Shown here one piece after another: positions 1 through 9,409 of a stretch of 64,000 nucleotides of DNA; position 1 is the stretch's first letter; each line of letters opens with the position of its first letter. The position numbers and the translations under genes were made by a program. The notes under the pieces were generated by a model, which did no database searches, was not told the origin of the DNA, and was given only the letters and a program-made list of their open reading frames with translations. This DNA is from a virus. Its lineage: Duplodnaviria > Caudoviricetes. Location: IMG/VR virus record IMGVR_UViG_3300032138_000647, positions 57,808 to 121,807 of that record; one strand, given 5' to 3'.

Positions 1-2
1 GA

Positions 3-3000
3 GAGATTGATGTTGTGACACCCGGAATGTTTGGTATACAGCAATGGTCATTCAGTAGTTTTATAGCCAACTCTAATGGGTATTTTAGAGACAACAGGTA
101 TGAAGAAAAGTTGTGGACAAAGGCTGGGGCATGGGGGCACTGGGGAGGGACGATAGTAAATGAAGACGTGCATTTTATGATTCCCGGTGGTTCCAACTCG
201 CAGTCAGGTGGTTCTGTTAACTTGACTGCACAAGAGATGAAAGTTATTAAGACAGCCGACTATGAGGATGGGTTCAGGCGAGAGTTTTTCTACTCTATGT
301 TTTATGATGATGGTTCTATGATCTTTGCTACGCCGGGGTTTGCGATGTTTCCCAGTCGTAAGGCAAAGGATGCAGCACTTAACCTAGGGTACAACGTGAA
401 TGGTCTTCTTACTGCTATCGCCAAAGGGAAGGCTGGTCTACCCGTTGCTTCGGGAGCATATATCCGCACTAACATGGTGGGTGCACTAAATGGATATCAC
501 CAAACATCAAACTTCGATATGGTTAGTAAAGCGTTTGGCGGAGTAAACACAAGAACGATACTTGGTCAGCAAAACCATGATATGAAGTGTGGCGGACAAG
601 AACAAGAGAAAGACGATGACGGAACAATTCCGGGGTGGCAAATGTATCCTTTCTGGGGGCCTATGTTCAAAGACGGATACAGAACTGTTCAACTCGACAG
701 CATTAGGAATAAGACAGTAGATATTGTACCTTGCGGACCCACAAACGCCTACTTCTTTAACGCCAACTTGCCATCGTTGGGCGCAGGAGATGGCAAGTCT
801 ATCATAAACATGGATACCGATGCCAATATGATGGGTGGGCCTTTTTCTTGGGTTGAATCTGACGCTAGTGGCGTTCCACTCACCCGAAAGCTTACTACTA
901 GCAACGAGGGACTTCAGTTGCCAGCAGATATAGCTTTAAATGCTTCACCTAGCGGGCTAAACGGTAGGCCGATGGAAGATCTTCTATACATTCAAGCGTG
1001 GTCTAACGTAGATACCAGAAGGAAAGACCTGTTTGAGAGGATGAAGTATATGTTTAAGAGAGTAGATCGGTTCGGTAACGTTATTACTGGCAGCGGATCG
1101 CAGGCAAGGTTTACATGGTTGGCAGACCCAAGTGGGTTTGATAGTGTTAACAATCACGATAATCCTTCGACATCGACATATGACCTCAGACCCCTTTCGC
1201 CAGAAAAGATTTCTTTTTATCCAGCCACTGTAGAGTGGGTTGCTTCTACCGACCCACACACTTTCTTCGGTCCTAGGTCTGATGAGCAACTGTACGGTGG
1301 GCAGAAAAGGTTTCCGTGGGTTCCAGTCTCTTATCAACAACATTGGCAGAACGCAAGGAAGAATTGGCTTGGTGGCGGAGGGGCTGGGGAGGAGTTTAAG
1401 CTGAATGGATATACATCACCTTTACCCGGATTCACATTCCTTAACACCCCCGATGTAGGCATGGGAAATCTGTATGATATAATTCCGCAAAGGTTCTTTC
1501 AGAGAAACCAGAGGGCAAGGCTTCACGGCAATAAGCTATTGGCTCAAGACAGTACTGGTAAAAAGCTTTACCCCCTCAAGGGGCTAGCATGGCAAGGCGG
1601 TCACAGCATAGATGTCCTACCGTGGGATTATCGAGTTATGGGCAAGTCTCCTAATAAATATTACCCCGGTACAATGGATTATTACAAGGACAACGCCAAT
1701 GTAGTCAGCATTGTTGCCTCAAAGGTTCGGATACGAGCAAGGGCTAGTGAGCTTGTATTTATGACAGAGCAGTTTTTGGGGGTCAATGTACATGCCACGG
1801 TTTCTGCTGGAGGAACGGTTGTTGGAACATTCATAGGGTTCTTGTTTGGTGGTCTAAGCGCAACCGGACCCGGACCACAGACTAATAGTCACCCACAGTG
1901 GGGCTATGTGCCAGATAATGTGGAAAGCTTTGGAACTACAGCTTTACACGGAAGGCTGTTCGATCAGTGGCCAGACGAACAAACTGTATACGACCCAAGA
2001 TACTTTGCCGTTCACCACTTTAATCCGGGAACAGCAGATGAGGTTATAAAAAGCTGGGCCATGACAAGTAGAACGGTATTCTGGGAGCCTGACCCGGCAA
2101 CGAATGGTAGCGGCAATTTGGCACCCGACGATTCGATTAACGTAAGATTTCGACATACGGATGGAAGTCTCGACACCACAAGCTTCGCGGTTCGTTCAAA
2201 ACCGAAGGGAAAATGGATGCTGGGAGCACCCTATCCGCACTTTGAAGATGCTGTTATACACGGAGTTGACCACAGGGAGCCTACTTGGGGGCCGCTGCAA
2301 ACTGGACCAAACGGAGGCTTTTCCATGGGGAGAGACGGACTGTATGGAATTCCCGGAGAGCACGTATTTGGCGTTCAGTGGGATGGTGGTAATGGTATTT
2401 ACTCTATGAGGCCAACTGGGGATTGGAACATATCTAATACCAGACGCGGAATGCTCCTGTCAAACGGCGGGTTTAAGCATCACAGGCGAACTATAGGCGC
2501 TGGCGACTTAGAGTATATTGATGTGTCTAGTGGAGATCCTCTAACTACGCCACAAGAGGGCGGAGCTTGGGGGGCTGACCCCCACGATGGGATTGATGCA
2601 GGATATGATTTTCAAGTAAACGATTTCCTAGAGTTTTATGGAGGCTCAGGAAAGGGCGCTAGACTTCAGGTCACAGCGGTAGAAAGAAACCGCAGAACAG
2701 GCAAAGGTAACAGTTCTAAGGGTGCCATTAAGTATGATGGTGGACAGCTTGCCTTAAAATATGTTCTTGCGGCAGGGGATATAGAGGAGAGAGGTGCAGA
2801 CTATAAGGGAGAAGATTTCCCAGCGGTCAAAGGGAATCTCGTTCCCGAGAAGGGGGCTTCATATACAGTAAAGCTGCTACCCACAGATACTCAAAGTAAT
2901 GGAAAATTTAGCGGTGGAAGAGAGCCTAGATTACGAGCAGGAAAGATAATAGAAAAGGTCTATACGGATCTTGGGCCATCAGAAAGGGGAAATTTGGCGC

Positions 3001-3290
3001 AATTGTCGCTAGGAAGCAACAACGGAAACGGAAACACAATGGGGTGGAGCGGTCAACCTAACGGAAGAACAAAGGGAACTAGGCAGATATCATACAACAT
3101 AGCTAGTGAGGGAGATCAAAAGTCTATATTTGACCAAGGAAATCAAGGAACTGTCAAGCACAAGACGCCTGTTGGATCATATGATGCATTCCTGTATTTT
3201 CATAGCGATGTAGGACATATAAGCAACCACGGGGGAGGACTCATGAATGCTCAACAAAACTATATTAACCTTCAAATAACCACACAATAA
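3..3290 (+). CDS. Large Gly-rich probable virion structural protein (tail/fibre-like), 5'-truncated by the window edge
   Basis: The frame is open from the window edge (GAG ATT GAT GTT GTG...), giving more than 1091 aa rich in G/N/S/T. No enzyme motif recognised. Co-oriented with a gene carrying a candidate late promoter. Function is inference. Confidence 0.45.
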   Translation, partial: EIDVVTPGMFGIQQWSFSSFIANSNGYFRDNRYEEKLWTKAGAWGHWGGTIVNEDVHFMIPGGSNSQSGGSVNLTAQEMKVIKTADYEDGFRREFFYSMFYDDGSMIFATPGFAMFPSRKAKDAALNLGYNVNGLLTAIAKGKAGLPVASGAYIRTNMVGALNGYHQTSNFDMVSKAFGGVNTRTILGQQNHDMKCGGQEQEKDDDGTIPGWQMYPFWGPMFKDGYRTVQLDSIRNKTVDIVPCGPTNAYFFNANLPSLGAGDGKSIINMDTDANMMGGPFSWVESDASGVPLTRKLTTSNEGLQLPADIALNASPSGLNGRPMEDLLYIQAWSNVDTRRKDLFERMKYMFKRVDRFGNVITGSGSQARFTWLADPSGFDSVNNHDNPSTSTYDLRPLSPEKISFYPATVEWVASTDPHTFFGPRSDEQLYGGQKRFPWVPVSYQQHWQNARKNWLGGGGAGEEFKLNGYTSPLPGFTFLNTPDVGMGNLYDIIPQRFFQRNQRARLHGNKLLAQDSTGKKLYPLKGLAWQGGHSIDVLPWDYRVMGKSPNKYYPGTMDYYKDNANVVSIVASKVRIRARASELVFMTEQFLGVNVHATVSAGGTVVGTFIGFLFGGLSATGPGPQTNSHPQWGYVPDNVESFGTTALHGRLFDQWPDEQTVYDPRYFAVHHFNPGTADEVIKSWAMTSRTVFWEPDPATNGSGNLAPDDSINVRFRHTDGSLDTTSFAVRSKPKGKWMLGAPYPHFEDAVIHGVDHREPTWGPLQTGPNGGFSMGRDGLYGIPGEHVFGVQWDGGNGIYSMRPTGDWNISNTRRGMLLSNGGFKHHRRTIGAGDLEYIDVSSGDPLTTPQEGGAWGADPHDGIDAGYDFQVNDFLEFYGGSGKGARLQVTAVERNRRTGKGNSSKGAIKYDGGQLALKYVLAAGDIEERGADYKGEDFPAVKGNLVPEKGASYTVKLLPTDTQSNGKFSGGREPRLRAGKIIEKVYTDLGPSERGNLAQLSLGSNNGNGNTMGWSGQPNGRTKGTRQISYNIASEGDQKSIFDQGNQGTVKHKTPVGSYDAFLYFHSDVGHISNHGGGLMNAQQNYINLQITTQ

Positions 3291-3315
3291 TATCTCACGG
3301 GGAGTCGGATTTTTC

Positions 3316-3331
3316 GTGTATATTATAGTAG
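3316..3331 (+). promoter_or_regulatory. Candidate phage late promoter GTGTATA-N3-TARTAG
   Basis: GTGTATATTATAGTAG lies 22 nt before the ATG at 3354, upstream of RBS AAGGAG. A second copy is at 56346-56361 (-). Confidence 0.5.
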
Positions 3332-3353
3332 AAACTTACAAGGAGAACTTATA

Positions 3354-4118
3354 ATGGCTGCAATTACATTTCTTTCGCAGGTAAATGCGGGTGAAACCCA
3401 AAATACTATAAACCATACCGCAGGCTCTGGGTTGGGCTTTTACGGCGCTGGATACGGCGTGTCTGTACCTGTTGGTCAGACTCAAGACAGTACTTGGGTC
3501 ACGAACTCAAACGGAACTGAAAGCTCACTTCAATACGAACTGTGGAACACCAAAAACGGAGACCCTTCCACTGATACTGGAAGTTCAGTAACTAATGGTA
3601 AGGTTCAAAGCGGAGGCTCTACCAGCAAGATCGAGCTAGACCACCTTGCTAACTACAAAGCTCCTCTCAATATACGATTTAGTCACACTGAGGCCGTGAG
3701 GGTTCAGAACTGCAAGCTACGTATTTTCGATAGAAATAATATCGACAAGCACGCAAGCGGAGTAGTGACATATGTATTCGAGTCACGGCATCCTGCAAAA
3801 GAAGTTAGCGCTGAGGGGCTGACGCATCGCGGAACAGCCGGTCACTATTGGTCAGAGTTTGATTCAGCCGATTCAGCCAAGCCAGCAGACATGGCGTTTA
3901 CTAGTTCTCCGGGTGTAAGCGGCTTGAATTCTACTACCGCCGATCAGTCCACGATGTCTAAGTTCCCCGACGCTGGTGCCACCTTGCCAGCACCAACCTT
4001 CTTGGGAACTCTGCATCAAAGTGATCAGCACGACTGGTACGTGGGACTCAGCGCGCAGCCTACAGAGATTGGAAGCAAAACCCATTACGGTTTGTACTTT
4101 ACTCTAGAATATCTGTAA
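3354..4118 (+). CDS. Hypothetical protein, probably virion structural
   Basis: 254 aa, S/T/G-rich and beta-strand-like. Strong RBS (AAGGAG) and candidate late promoter upstream. Confidence 0.5.
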   Translation: MAAITFLSQVNAGETQNTINHTAGSGLGFYGAGYGVSVPVGQTQDSTWVTNSNGTESSLQYELWNTKNGDPSTDTGSSVTNGKVQSGGSTSKIELDHLANYKAPLNIRFSHTEAVRVQNCKLRIFDRNNIDKHASGVVTYVFESRHPAKEVSAEGLTHRGTAGHYWSEFDSADSAKPADMAFTSSPGVSGLNSTTADQSTMSKFPDAGATLPAPTFLGTLHQSDQHDWYVGLSAQPTEIGSKTHYGLYFTLEYL

Positions 4119-4119
4119 G

Positions 4120-4749
4120 ATGCTATGGTGCAAGGGGCTTTGGTGTAAGCTTGTTTTCCGAGTAATGGAAAGCAAAGCTTATTCTTGGATCATGGACAAG
4201 ATACCTTTTATAAGGTTTTGTCTGTATTATACCTCTACGCATGGTCAAGAATACAAAAGGGGTTATTCTATACTCCGCGCTGGAGACATTATACTAACCA
4301 GAGACAACTGGAAGCTGACCACCTTTCTAATTCCCGGAGAATTTCCGCATGCCGCCCTCTGCGTGTCCAAGGGTGGCGACTTTGAAGTGGCGGAAATGAC
4401 AAGGGTGGGGTTTAGGAAAAGCGAATTCTACGACATATGCCACGAGTCTGACAGGGTGGTCATAATACGTTGCAAGGATTGGGATAAAGATTATATAGAG
4501 AAGGTGGTGGAGAAATGCCTGTCGTTTGATGGGGCAAACTACGACATTAAGTTTGAGTTGGGGGTTAAGGCTCTATACTGCTCAGAATTAGTAGTAGCCA
4601 GCGATCCAGAAAAAAGACTTATAGTTTCTTATGGAGACTTAATCGGCCTAGGCCGCCCCTATATATCACCTATGGGAATTTACGCTGCTAAAAACATAGA
4701 GGTGGTGTGGGATTCTAAAGAGTATAAATGTAGTTTAACAGGGAGATAG
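4120..4749 (+). CDS. Permuted papain-like amidase, YiiX/YaeF (NlpC/P60 permuted) family
   Basis: GDIIL, then H in FPHAAL, then G-x-x-YD...YCSELV: His before Cys, the permuted order. The true start may be a downstream Met. Confidence 0.8.
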   Translation: MLWCKGLWCKLVFRVMESKAYSWIMDKIPFIRFCLYYTSTHGQEYKRGYSILRAGDIILTRDNWKLTTFLIPGEFPHAALCVSKGGDFEVAEMTRVGFRKSEFYDICHESDRVVIIRCKDWDKDYIEKVVEKCLSFDGANYDIKFELGVKALYCSELVVASDPEKRLIVSYGDLIGLGRPYISPMGIYAAKNIEVVWDSKEYKCSLTGR

Positions 4750-4751
4750 CG

Positions 4752-4970
4752 ATGCTCAATATTCTAAAGCGGTTTAAGGTTCAGGCGGCTCTGGTTGCAC
4801 TGTGTGGGTTAACTTGGGGGTTCTGTCCGTGGTTTGCTCAGCTAAGGTCAGCTAATGCCAAAGATTGCGCTTGCGAGACGTGTGTAGCTTCTTGTGAGCA
4901 TATGAGTGGTGACGCATGTGACTGTCACGACAACGGGTGTGGATGCCCAATGTGCGTACCGGCAGAGTAG
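4752..4970 (+). CDS. Small secreted/membrane-anchored Cys-rich, metallothionein-like protein
   Basis: Basic then hydrophobic N-terminus, followed by CACETCVASC...CDC...CGCPMC (9 Cys in about 31 aa). Confidence 0.55.
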   Translation: MLNILKRFKVQAALVALCGLTWGFCPWFAQLRSANAKDCACETCVASCEHMSGDACDCHDNGCGCPMCVPAE

Positions 4971-5028
4971 AACTTACTATAACTTCACAGCTAATGACCC
5001 CTAGCTGGGGTAAAGCGAGGTGAAAAGC

Positions 5029-5058
5029 AGAAAGCCCCCTTTCGGGGGCTTTCTTTTT
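5029..5058. terminator. Intrinsic terminator, probably bidirectional, at the convergence of the + and - gene blocks
   Basis: AGAAAGCCCCC-TTTC-GGGGGCTTTCT followed by a T-run; A-rich on the 5' side. Confidence 0.85.
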
Positions 5059-5077
5059 AGGCTTGCTCGTGTAGCTT

Positions 5078-5413
5078 TTACTCGTTCTTCTCAGTCTTTG
5101 GGTTCCACTTAACCCAGCCACCGTCAGGCAACCAGTTGCCTTCACTATCCTTGCGTTTAGGAAAGAGACCACCGCCCTTCTTGTTAGAGCCAAACGAGAG
5201 CCTAGCCCCGCAGCTTGAACATCTTAACTCGTGGTACTGATTGTCATCCACAGTTCTGACAACGAACTTCACATCGTCACATTTGCATTTGGCGCAGCAG
5301 TCCTGCTCAAACACCTCTTGAAACCTGCCTATCTGTGCGAACAGATCTCTGTGAGAATCACCCTCGATTTCTACGCTAATTCTTTTATTGTTTGTAGTGT
5401 AGGTTAATTTCAT
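5078..5413 (-). CDS. Zn-ribbon hypothetical phage protein
   Basis: CxxC...CxxC plus KGGGLFPKRKD...GWVKW. Start refined to 5413, where it forms a TAATG overlap with the upstream stop. Confidence 0.6.
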   Translation of the reverse strand: MKLTYTTNNKRISVEIEGDSHRDLFAQIGRFQEVFEQDCCAKCKCDDVKFVVRTVDDNQYHELRCSSCGARLSFGSNKKGGGLFPKRKDSEGNWLPDGGWVKWNPKTEKNE

Positions 5414-6186
5414 TAGCTTCTCCACTCCTCTTTGTAGCCTGTAATTGACTCTGGAATACTAGTTTTATCTCTTTGATACTCGTTAAGCTGATCTATGATA
5501 TCGCTAGCTACTTTTTTGGACACCTTACGATTGCTGTCCACACTAAATATTTGTTTGAACAAGGTCTCGCCATTCACGTCAAGCTGTCTGCACTTGACAT
5601 CAATGAAGTTGTATTGAGCATCGCTCATACGCGCCTCTTCATTAAAATCACCATCTTGAGAGGCTCCAGAAGCGGCCCTAGATGCCTTGCGAACAAGCTC
5701 AGCAGTGTTCTTGCTGGTGATTTCCTCTGCTGCAACGCCTTTAATTTTGAGAGCCTTTCTCAGTGCTCTGCCCTCTGCTCTGGTGCTTGCTGTTGCGACG
5801 GCATAGGCACAAAACATGTCATCTGTGTTGCCTTCCCAAACGTCAGCGACCTCTGAATACCTCATTCCGCTTTGGAATTCTACAGTGAATACGACAGTGG
5901 CTCTACCGTGATGATCGTCGCGCTGAACTGGGAACACCTGCGTAGGCCCACTGAAGACAATAGGCCCCAGCACAAGCTCAGACACCCGCCTTAAGCCAGC
6001 TACCAGCGGATTACCATCAATAAGCTCTGACTCATCAAACAGAGACAGAACATGTTCGTTCCACTCAGGTGACAGCATGGACGGGGCTTCTTCCACAAGC
6101 ACGTTCTTGACAGAGGTGTCTACATCTTCCGACATTTGCAATTCCATAGTTTCAAACATATCTTCTTCCTCTTTCTTTTGGTTCAT
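5413..6186 (-). CDS. Putative Rad52/ERF-like single-strand annealing protein
   Basis: Beta-strands followed by the helix AVATASTRAEGRALRKAL, plus a C-terminal SDAQYNFI-type helical module, as in phage SSAPs. Confidence 0.45.
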   Translation of the reverse strand: MNQKKEEEDMFETMELQMSEDVDTSVKNVLVEEAPSMLSPEWNEHVLSLFDESELIDGNPLVAGLRRVSELVLGPIVFSGPTQVFPVQRDDHHGRATVVFTVEFQSGMRYSEVADVWEGNTDDMFCAYAVATASTRAEGRALRKALKIKGVAAEEITSKNTAELVRKASRAASGASQDGDFNEEARMSDAQYNFIDVKCRQLDVNGETLFKQIFSVDSNRKVSKKVASDIIDQLNEYQRDKTSIPESITGYKEEWRS

Positions 6187-6947
6187 AATTCGATCTCAAT
6201 ATAACGGTTTGGTTCCGATGGGAATTCTTTCTTAATCAATTCTAAGCGGGAATCAATTTTCTCAAGCAAGCCTACCTTGCCACTGAGAGAAACGAAATCG
6301 CTCCTACAATTTACCCTTATTATAACAAACCCTTTGCTTAAAATCAAGCCCGTTTTTTGCGCGTCTGACTTAATTTGCTTTTGAAGTTTCTCTTCGCCCC
6401 ATATGGGAAAGAAGTGTGAAGGGCCATCTACTTCTATTATAGTCTTGAGGTCTGGAATGTACAGATCAATTTCCAGATTTTCGTTAGGAATTAAGTTCTT
6501 GCGATGAAATTCCACATAATGCCCGGCATTTGCAAGCTCTTCTCTCAGAAATTTTTCTAACTTAGAGCCTTCTTTGCCAGCCATCTGGATCGCCTTGATG
6601 GCCATGCTTGATATATTTTTTCTCTCTAGCTCGCTCATGGCATACCATCTTTGTTTGGCTCCCTCAACCCGCTGTTTGTACTCTTCTTCGTTCATGTTCT
6701 TCCAGTACCTATGCACAGAAGAGCTTATCTTAAGCCTCTCTGCCTTGGTTCTAGCTTTGCCGTCTGTGGGGTGCGTAGCTCTGCCTCCCTGTAGGGCGTT
6801 TTGCTGAGCTTCGCTTCGGCTCTTTATCTGCACACCGTGCTTCTTGAGAATACGACGAATCTTATTAGGATAAGTACCTATACTTTCCGCAATCTCATAC
6901 GTGCTCTTGCCCTTTTCGTACAGGGATATAATCTTTCTTTCGTTCAT
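6183..6947 (-). CDS. HTH plus Vsr/DUF559-like PD-(D/E)XK endonuclease (homing-endonuclease-like)
   Basis: N-terminal HTH (STYEIAESIGTYPNKIRRIL), basic linker, then IDLYIPDLKTIIEVDGPSH. Confidence 0.7.
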   Translation of the reverse strand: MNERKIISLYEKGKSTYEIAESIGTYPNKIRRILKKHGVQIKSRSEAQQNALQGGRATHPTDGKARTKAERLKISSSVHRYWKNMNEEEYKQRVEGAKQRWYAMSELERKNISSMAIKAIQMAGKEGSKLEKFLREELANAGHYVEFHRKNLIPNENLEIDLYIPDLKTIIEVDGPSHFFPIWGEEKLQKQIKSDAQKTGLILSKGFVIIRVNCRSDFVSLSGKVGLLEKIDSRLELIKKEFPSEPNRYIEIEL

Positions 6948-7393
6948 TGTTTCACCTGCTGTAATATTTCTGGTAAACTAAAGTTGTCCACTAATCCTAT
7001 AGGTTTGTGTCCGGTAAGTCTGCTAAGTTCGCGGGCACCATCCCCGTCCCTACAAACAGTTTTGACGGCGGGGTTGGTCAATAAATCTATCAACGCAAAA
7101 GTATGGTTCTTCGGCTCCCAGCCATGGTAGAAGTATACTTTGAACTTATTTACTATGTTTAGTGCAGTCCTAGTTGACTCTATGTCAGTTGTTATTAGGG
7201 TGCCTGTGAAATTCCACAGGTCAGTAGAGTTAAAGCAGCCGAATTTCATGGTGGCCTTATTGCCACCCACGGAGTCATAGAAAAGGCTGGCGTCATTCAG
7301 GAGGCCCTTGCTCAGGCCCGTATTAAGGGATTCTATTGCGCGCTGCACTGGCGGGCACTCTCTTAGCGAGCTAAAATATATTCCTAGATTCAT
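6944..7393 (-). CDS. Hypothetical protein
   Basis: 149-aa ORF tightly packed in the operon. Confidence 0.6.
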   Translation of the reverse strand: MNLGIYFSSLRECPPVQRAIESLNTGLSKGLLNDASLFYDSVGGNKATMKFGCFNSTDLWNFTGTLITTDIESTRTALNIVNKFKVYFYHGWEPKNHTFALIDLLTNPAVKTVCRDGDGARELSRLTGHKPIGLVDNFSLPEILQQVKQ

Positions 7394-7397
7394 TGTT

Positions 7398-7817
7398 TTA
7401 CCTATCTAAACTGTATCTCATGGTATAACCTGCGGGTATAAACCCACACTTGACGTAAAAGGGGATTACGTTTTCTGCACAATCTAATATAACCTTGTAG
7501 CACTCCTTGTCTTCTGCGTGTCCTATGCAAGCCTCAATTAGAGATCTTCCCACACCCTTGATTCTTCGGGAATTGTCTACTACAACATCTTCAACGTGCC
7601 CTACCCTGCTTCCACAGTGAAGGAACTTGTCTTCTATGAAGATTGTAGCGGTTCCTATCACATCGTCTCCTTCAACAAAAACAAACGTCTTGCTGGAACC
7701 ACTTAGGTAAGCCTCCCACATATTATACACATTGTGCGGCTTTACGTCTCCGCTAAGCTGTGAAAGGAGTTCAAAATAGTCACGCTTAAGGTCCGATTCT
7801 TTAATTTCTCGTATCAT
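7398..7817 (-). CDS. GNA1: Glucosamine-6-phosphate N-acetyltransferase (GNA1-type GNAT)
   Basis: IEDKFLH...GHVEDVVVD...RxKGVG...CYKVILDC...FYxKCGF signature. Start at 7817 forms an ATGA overlap with the glmS stop. Confidence 0.85.
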   Translation of the reverse strand: MIREIKESDLKRDYFELLSQLSGDVKPHNVYNMWEAYLSGSSKTFVFVEGDDVIGTATIFIEDKFLHCGSRVGHVEDVVVDNSRRIKGVGRSLIEACIGHAEDKECYKVILDCAENVIPFYVKCGFIPAGYTMRYSLDR

Positions 7818-9409
7818 ACTGTCACACACTTCGCTAAATTTCTAGGTCTATCGGGATTAATTCCTCTTCCTACGGCTATATAATATGACAGCAGTTGGAG
7901 GACAACGTTTAACACTAGAGATTGAGAATACTGCTCACCCGTATCCTTGCAGGAGAGAACGATATCTAAGCCCTTGTCAAGCAAATCGTTTTCCACGGCG
8001 TGGTGAGTGATCACTACAACAAAACCTCTTCTTGATTTAATTTCCTGTATGTTTGATAGGGTCTCAGGGGAAAACCCTTCAGTTATTATGAACAGGCTGG
8101 GTACTCTGTGGTCTACAAGAGCGATGGGGCCATGCTTCATCTCTGACGAGGGCATTCCCTCTGCGTGTACGTAGGAAACTTCCTTAAACTTCAAAGCTCC
8201 CTCAAGAGCAATGGGATAATTCTGCCTATCTCCTAGGAATATAAAGTGTTCATAGCCCATGATTCTGCTGGCTATCTCTTCTATTTCACCAGTTCTCTCC
8301 AGCACGTCCCTTATTCCTGACTGTAACCCATCCAAGGAAATACCAGCCGACTGACACAGCTTCATGCATGACATGGTAAAAGTTTTTGTGGCTGCCACCG
8401 CCTCCTCTGGCCCGACATCCATCCCGATGGGTTTACTGGACATGTCGTATAAGGTTGAGTATGGATTGTTGGTAATACATGCAAAATCGCCCTTACCCCT
8501 AAGAGCATTAATCACATCCTTTGTTTCTCCGCTTTGACTGATAGCCAGCAAGTCTACACCTAGCGATCTATATCGTGCTTGGCTGGCGTGTAAACATCTA
8601 ACTTGGATTGACCTCTTCTTTTCTAGGGCGTAAGAGCCGAACATGGCAGCGTGGAGGCTGCTTCCAGTTGCGATAATATCAACGTCGCGTTCTATCCGGC
8701 ACCATTGATTGCTTTCTAGCGTTGCCTGCTCCCCTATTTCCGCCAGCATCTTATGTCCTGACTTGATTTTAGATTGGCATACTGCTGGGACATCCACCCT
8801 GCGGTAAGAGTAGCCAATCATATCTATAAGTCCTTCAACCGAGCAGAACCCGTCCTCCAGCACCCACGCTTCAGTATCAAAACCCGCTAAAGCATTCAAG
8901 TCGCTGCTAACATACCCCTTCGGGGTAATGAAAAGCCTTTTGCTCCCTTGGGCGAAGCAAAACATTTCTCCAGTATCCCGGCACAGAGCAACAACAGCAT
9001 TGTCTCCCTCTATAGTACCCCATGCGTCTAGCACACCCTTCTCTCTTAGTAGTATTGCTATCCATTTGGTATCCAGAATTCCCGCTGGAGCATTCTCTAC
9101 CACGCCGTTGTGTACGACATAATAGTTGCCAGCTACCTGTGGGTGGGCATTTTCCACCGTCACTTCGCCATTGGTGGCCCACCTAACATGACCAATTACC
9201 GCCTCGTACTCACCATGAAATGCAGACTCGTCTACAGAGCCTAGCTGCTTAACTACACTAACTTCGCCGTCCTTTAGGGCAGCATATCCGAAGCTGTCGT
9301 AACCGCGATACTCCAAGCGAGATAGTCCTGTATAGGTATCCCACAAAGAGTTATCAGGTGATTCGGCAGTCGGCTCCGCACTGTTTATTGATCCAAATAT
9401 TCCGCACAT
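7814..9409 (-). CDS. glmS: Glutamine--fructose-6-phosphate aminotransferase (compact, 531 aa)
   Basis: MCGI (N-terminal Cys nucleophile), LEYRGYDS, GHVRWATNG, NAHP, HNG, ISQSGET, VAATK, EGALKFKE, KHGP, PRNLAK.VTV. Confidence 0.95.
   Translation of the reverse strand: MCGIFGSINSAEPTAESPDNSLWDTYTGLSRLEYRGYDSFGYAALKDGEVSVVKQLGSVDESAFHGEYEAVIGHVRWATNGEVTVENAHPQVAGNYYVVHNGVVENAPAGILDTKWIAILLREKGVLDAWGTIEGDNAVVALCRDTGEMFCFAQGSKRLFITPKGYVSSDLNALAGFDTEAWVLEDGFCSVEGLIDMIGYSYRRVDVPAVCQSKIKSGHKMLAEIGEQATLESNQWCRIERDVDIIATGSSLHAAMFGSYALEKKRSIQVRCLHASQARYRSLGVDLLAISQSGETKDVINALRGKGDFACITNNPYSTLYDMSSKPIGMDVGPEEAVAATKTFTMSCMKLCQSAGISLDGLQSGIRDVLERTGEIEEIASRIMGYEHFIFLGDRQNYPIALEGALKFKEVSYVHAEGMPSSEMKHGPIALVDHRVPSLFIITEGFSPETLSNIQEIKSRRGFVVVITHHAVENDLLDKGLDIVLSCKDTGEQYSQSLVLNVVLQLLSYYIAVGRGINPDRPRNLAKCVTV

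Noticed and set aside
4984-5024. Hammerhead ribozyme or fluoride riboswitch (GCTAATGACCCCTA resembles both)
   Set aside because: The hammerhead core would need CUGANGA and GAAA, but the sequence has CUAAUGA and UAAA. The 5' GGxGAUGG half of the fluoride aptamer is absent, and no gene lies downstream on that strand.
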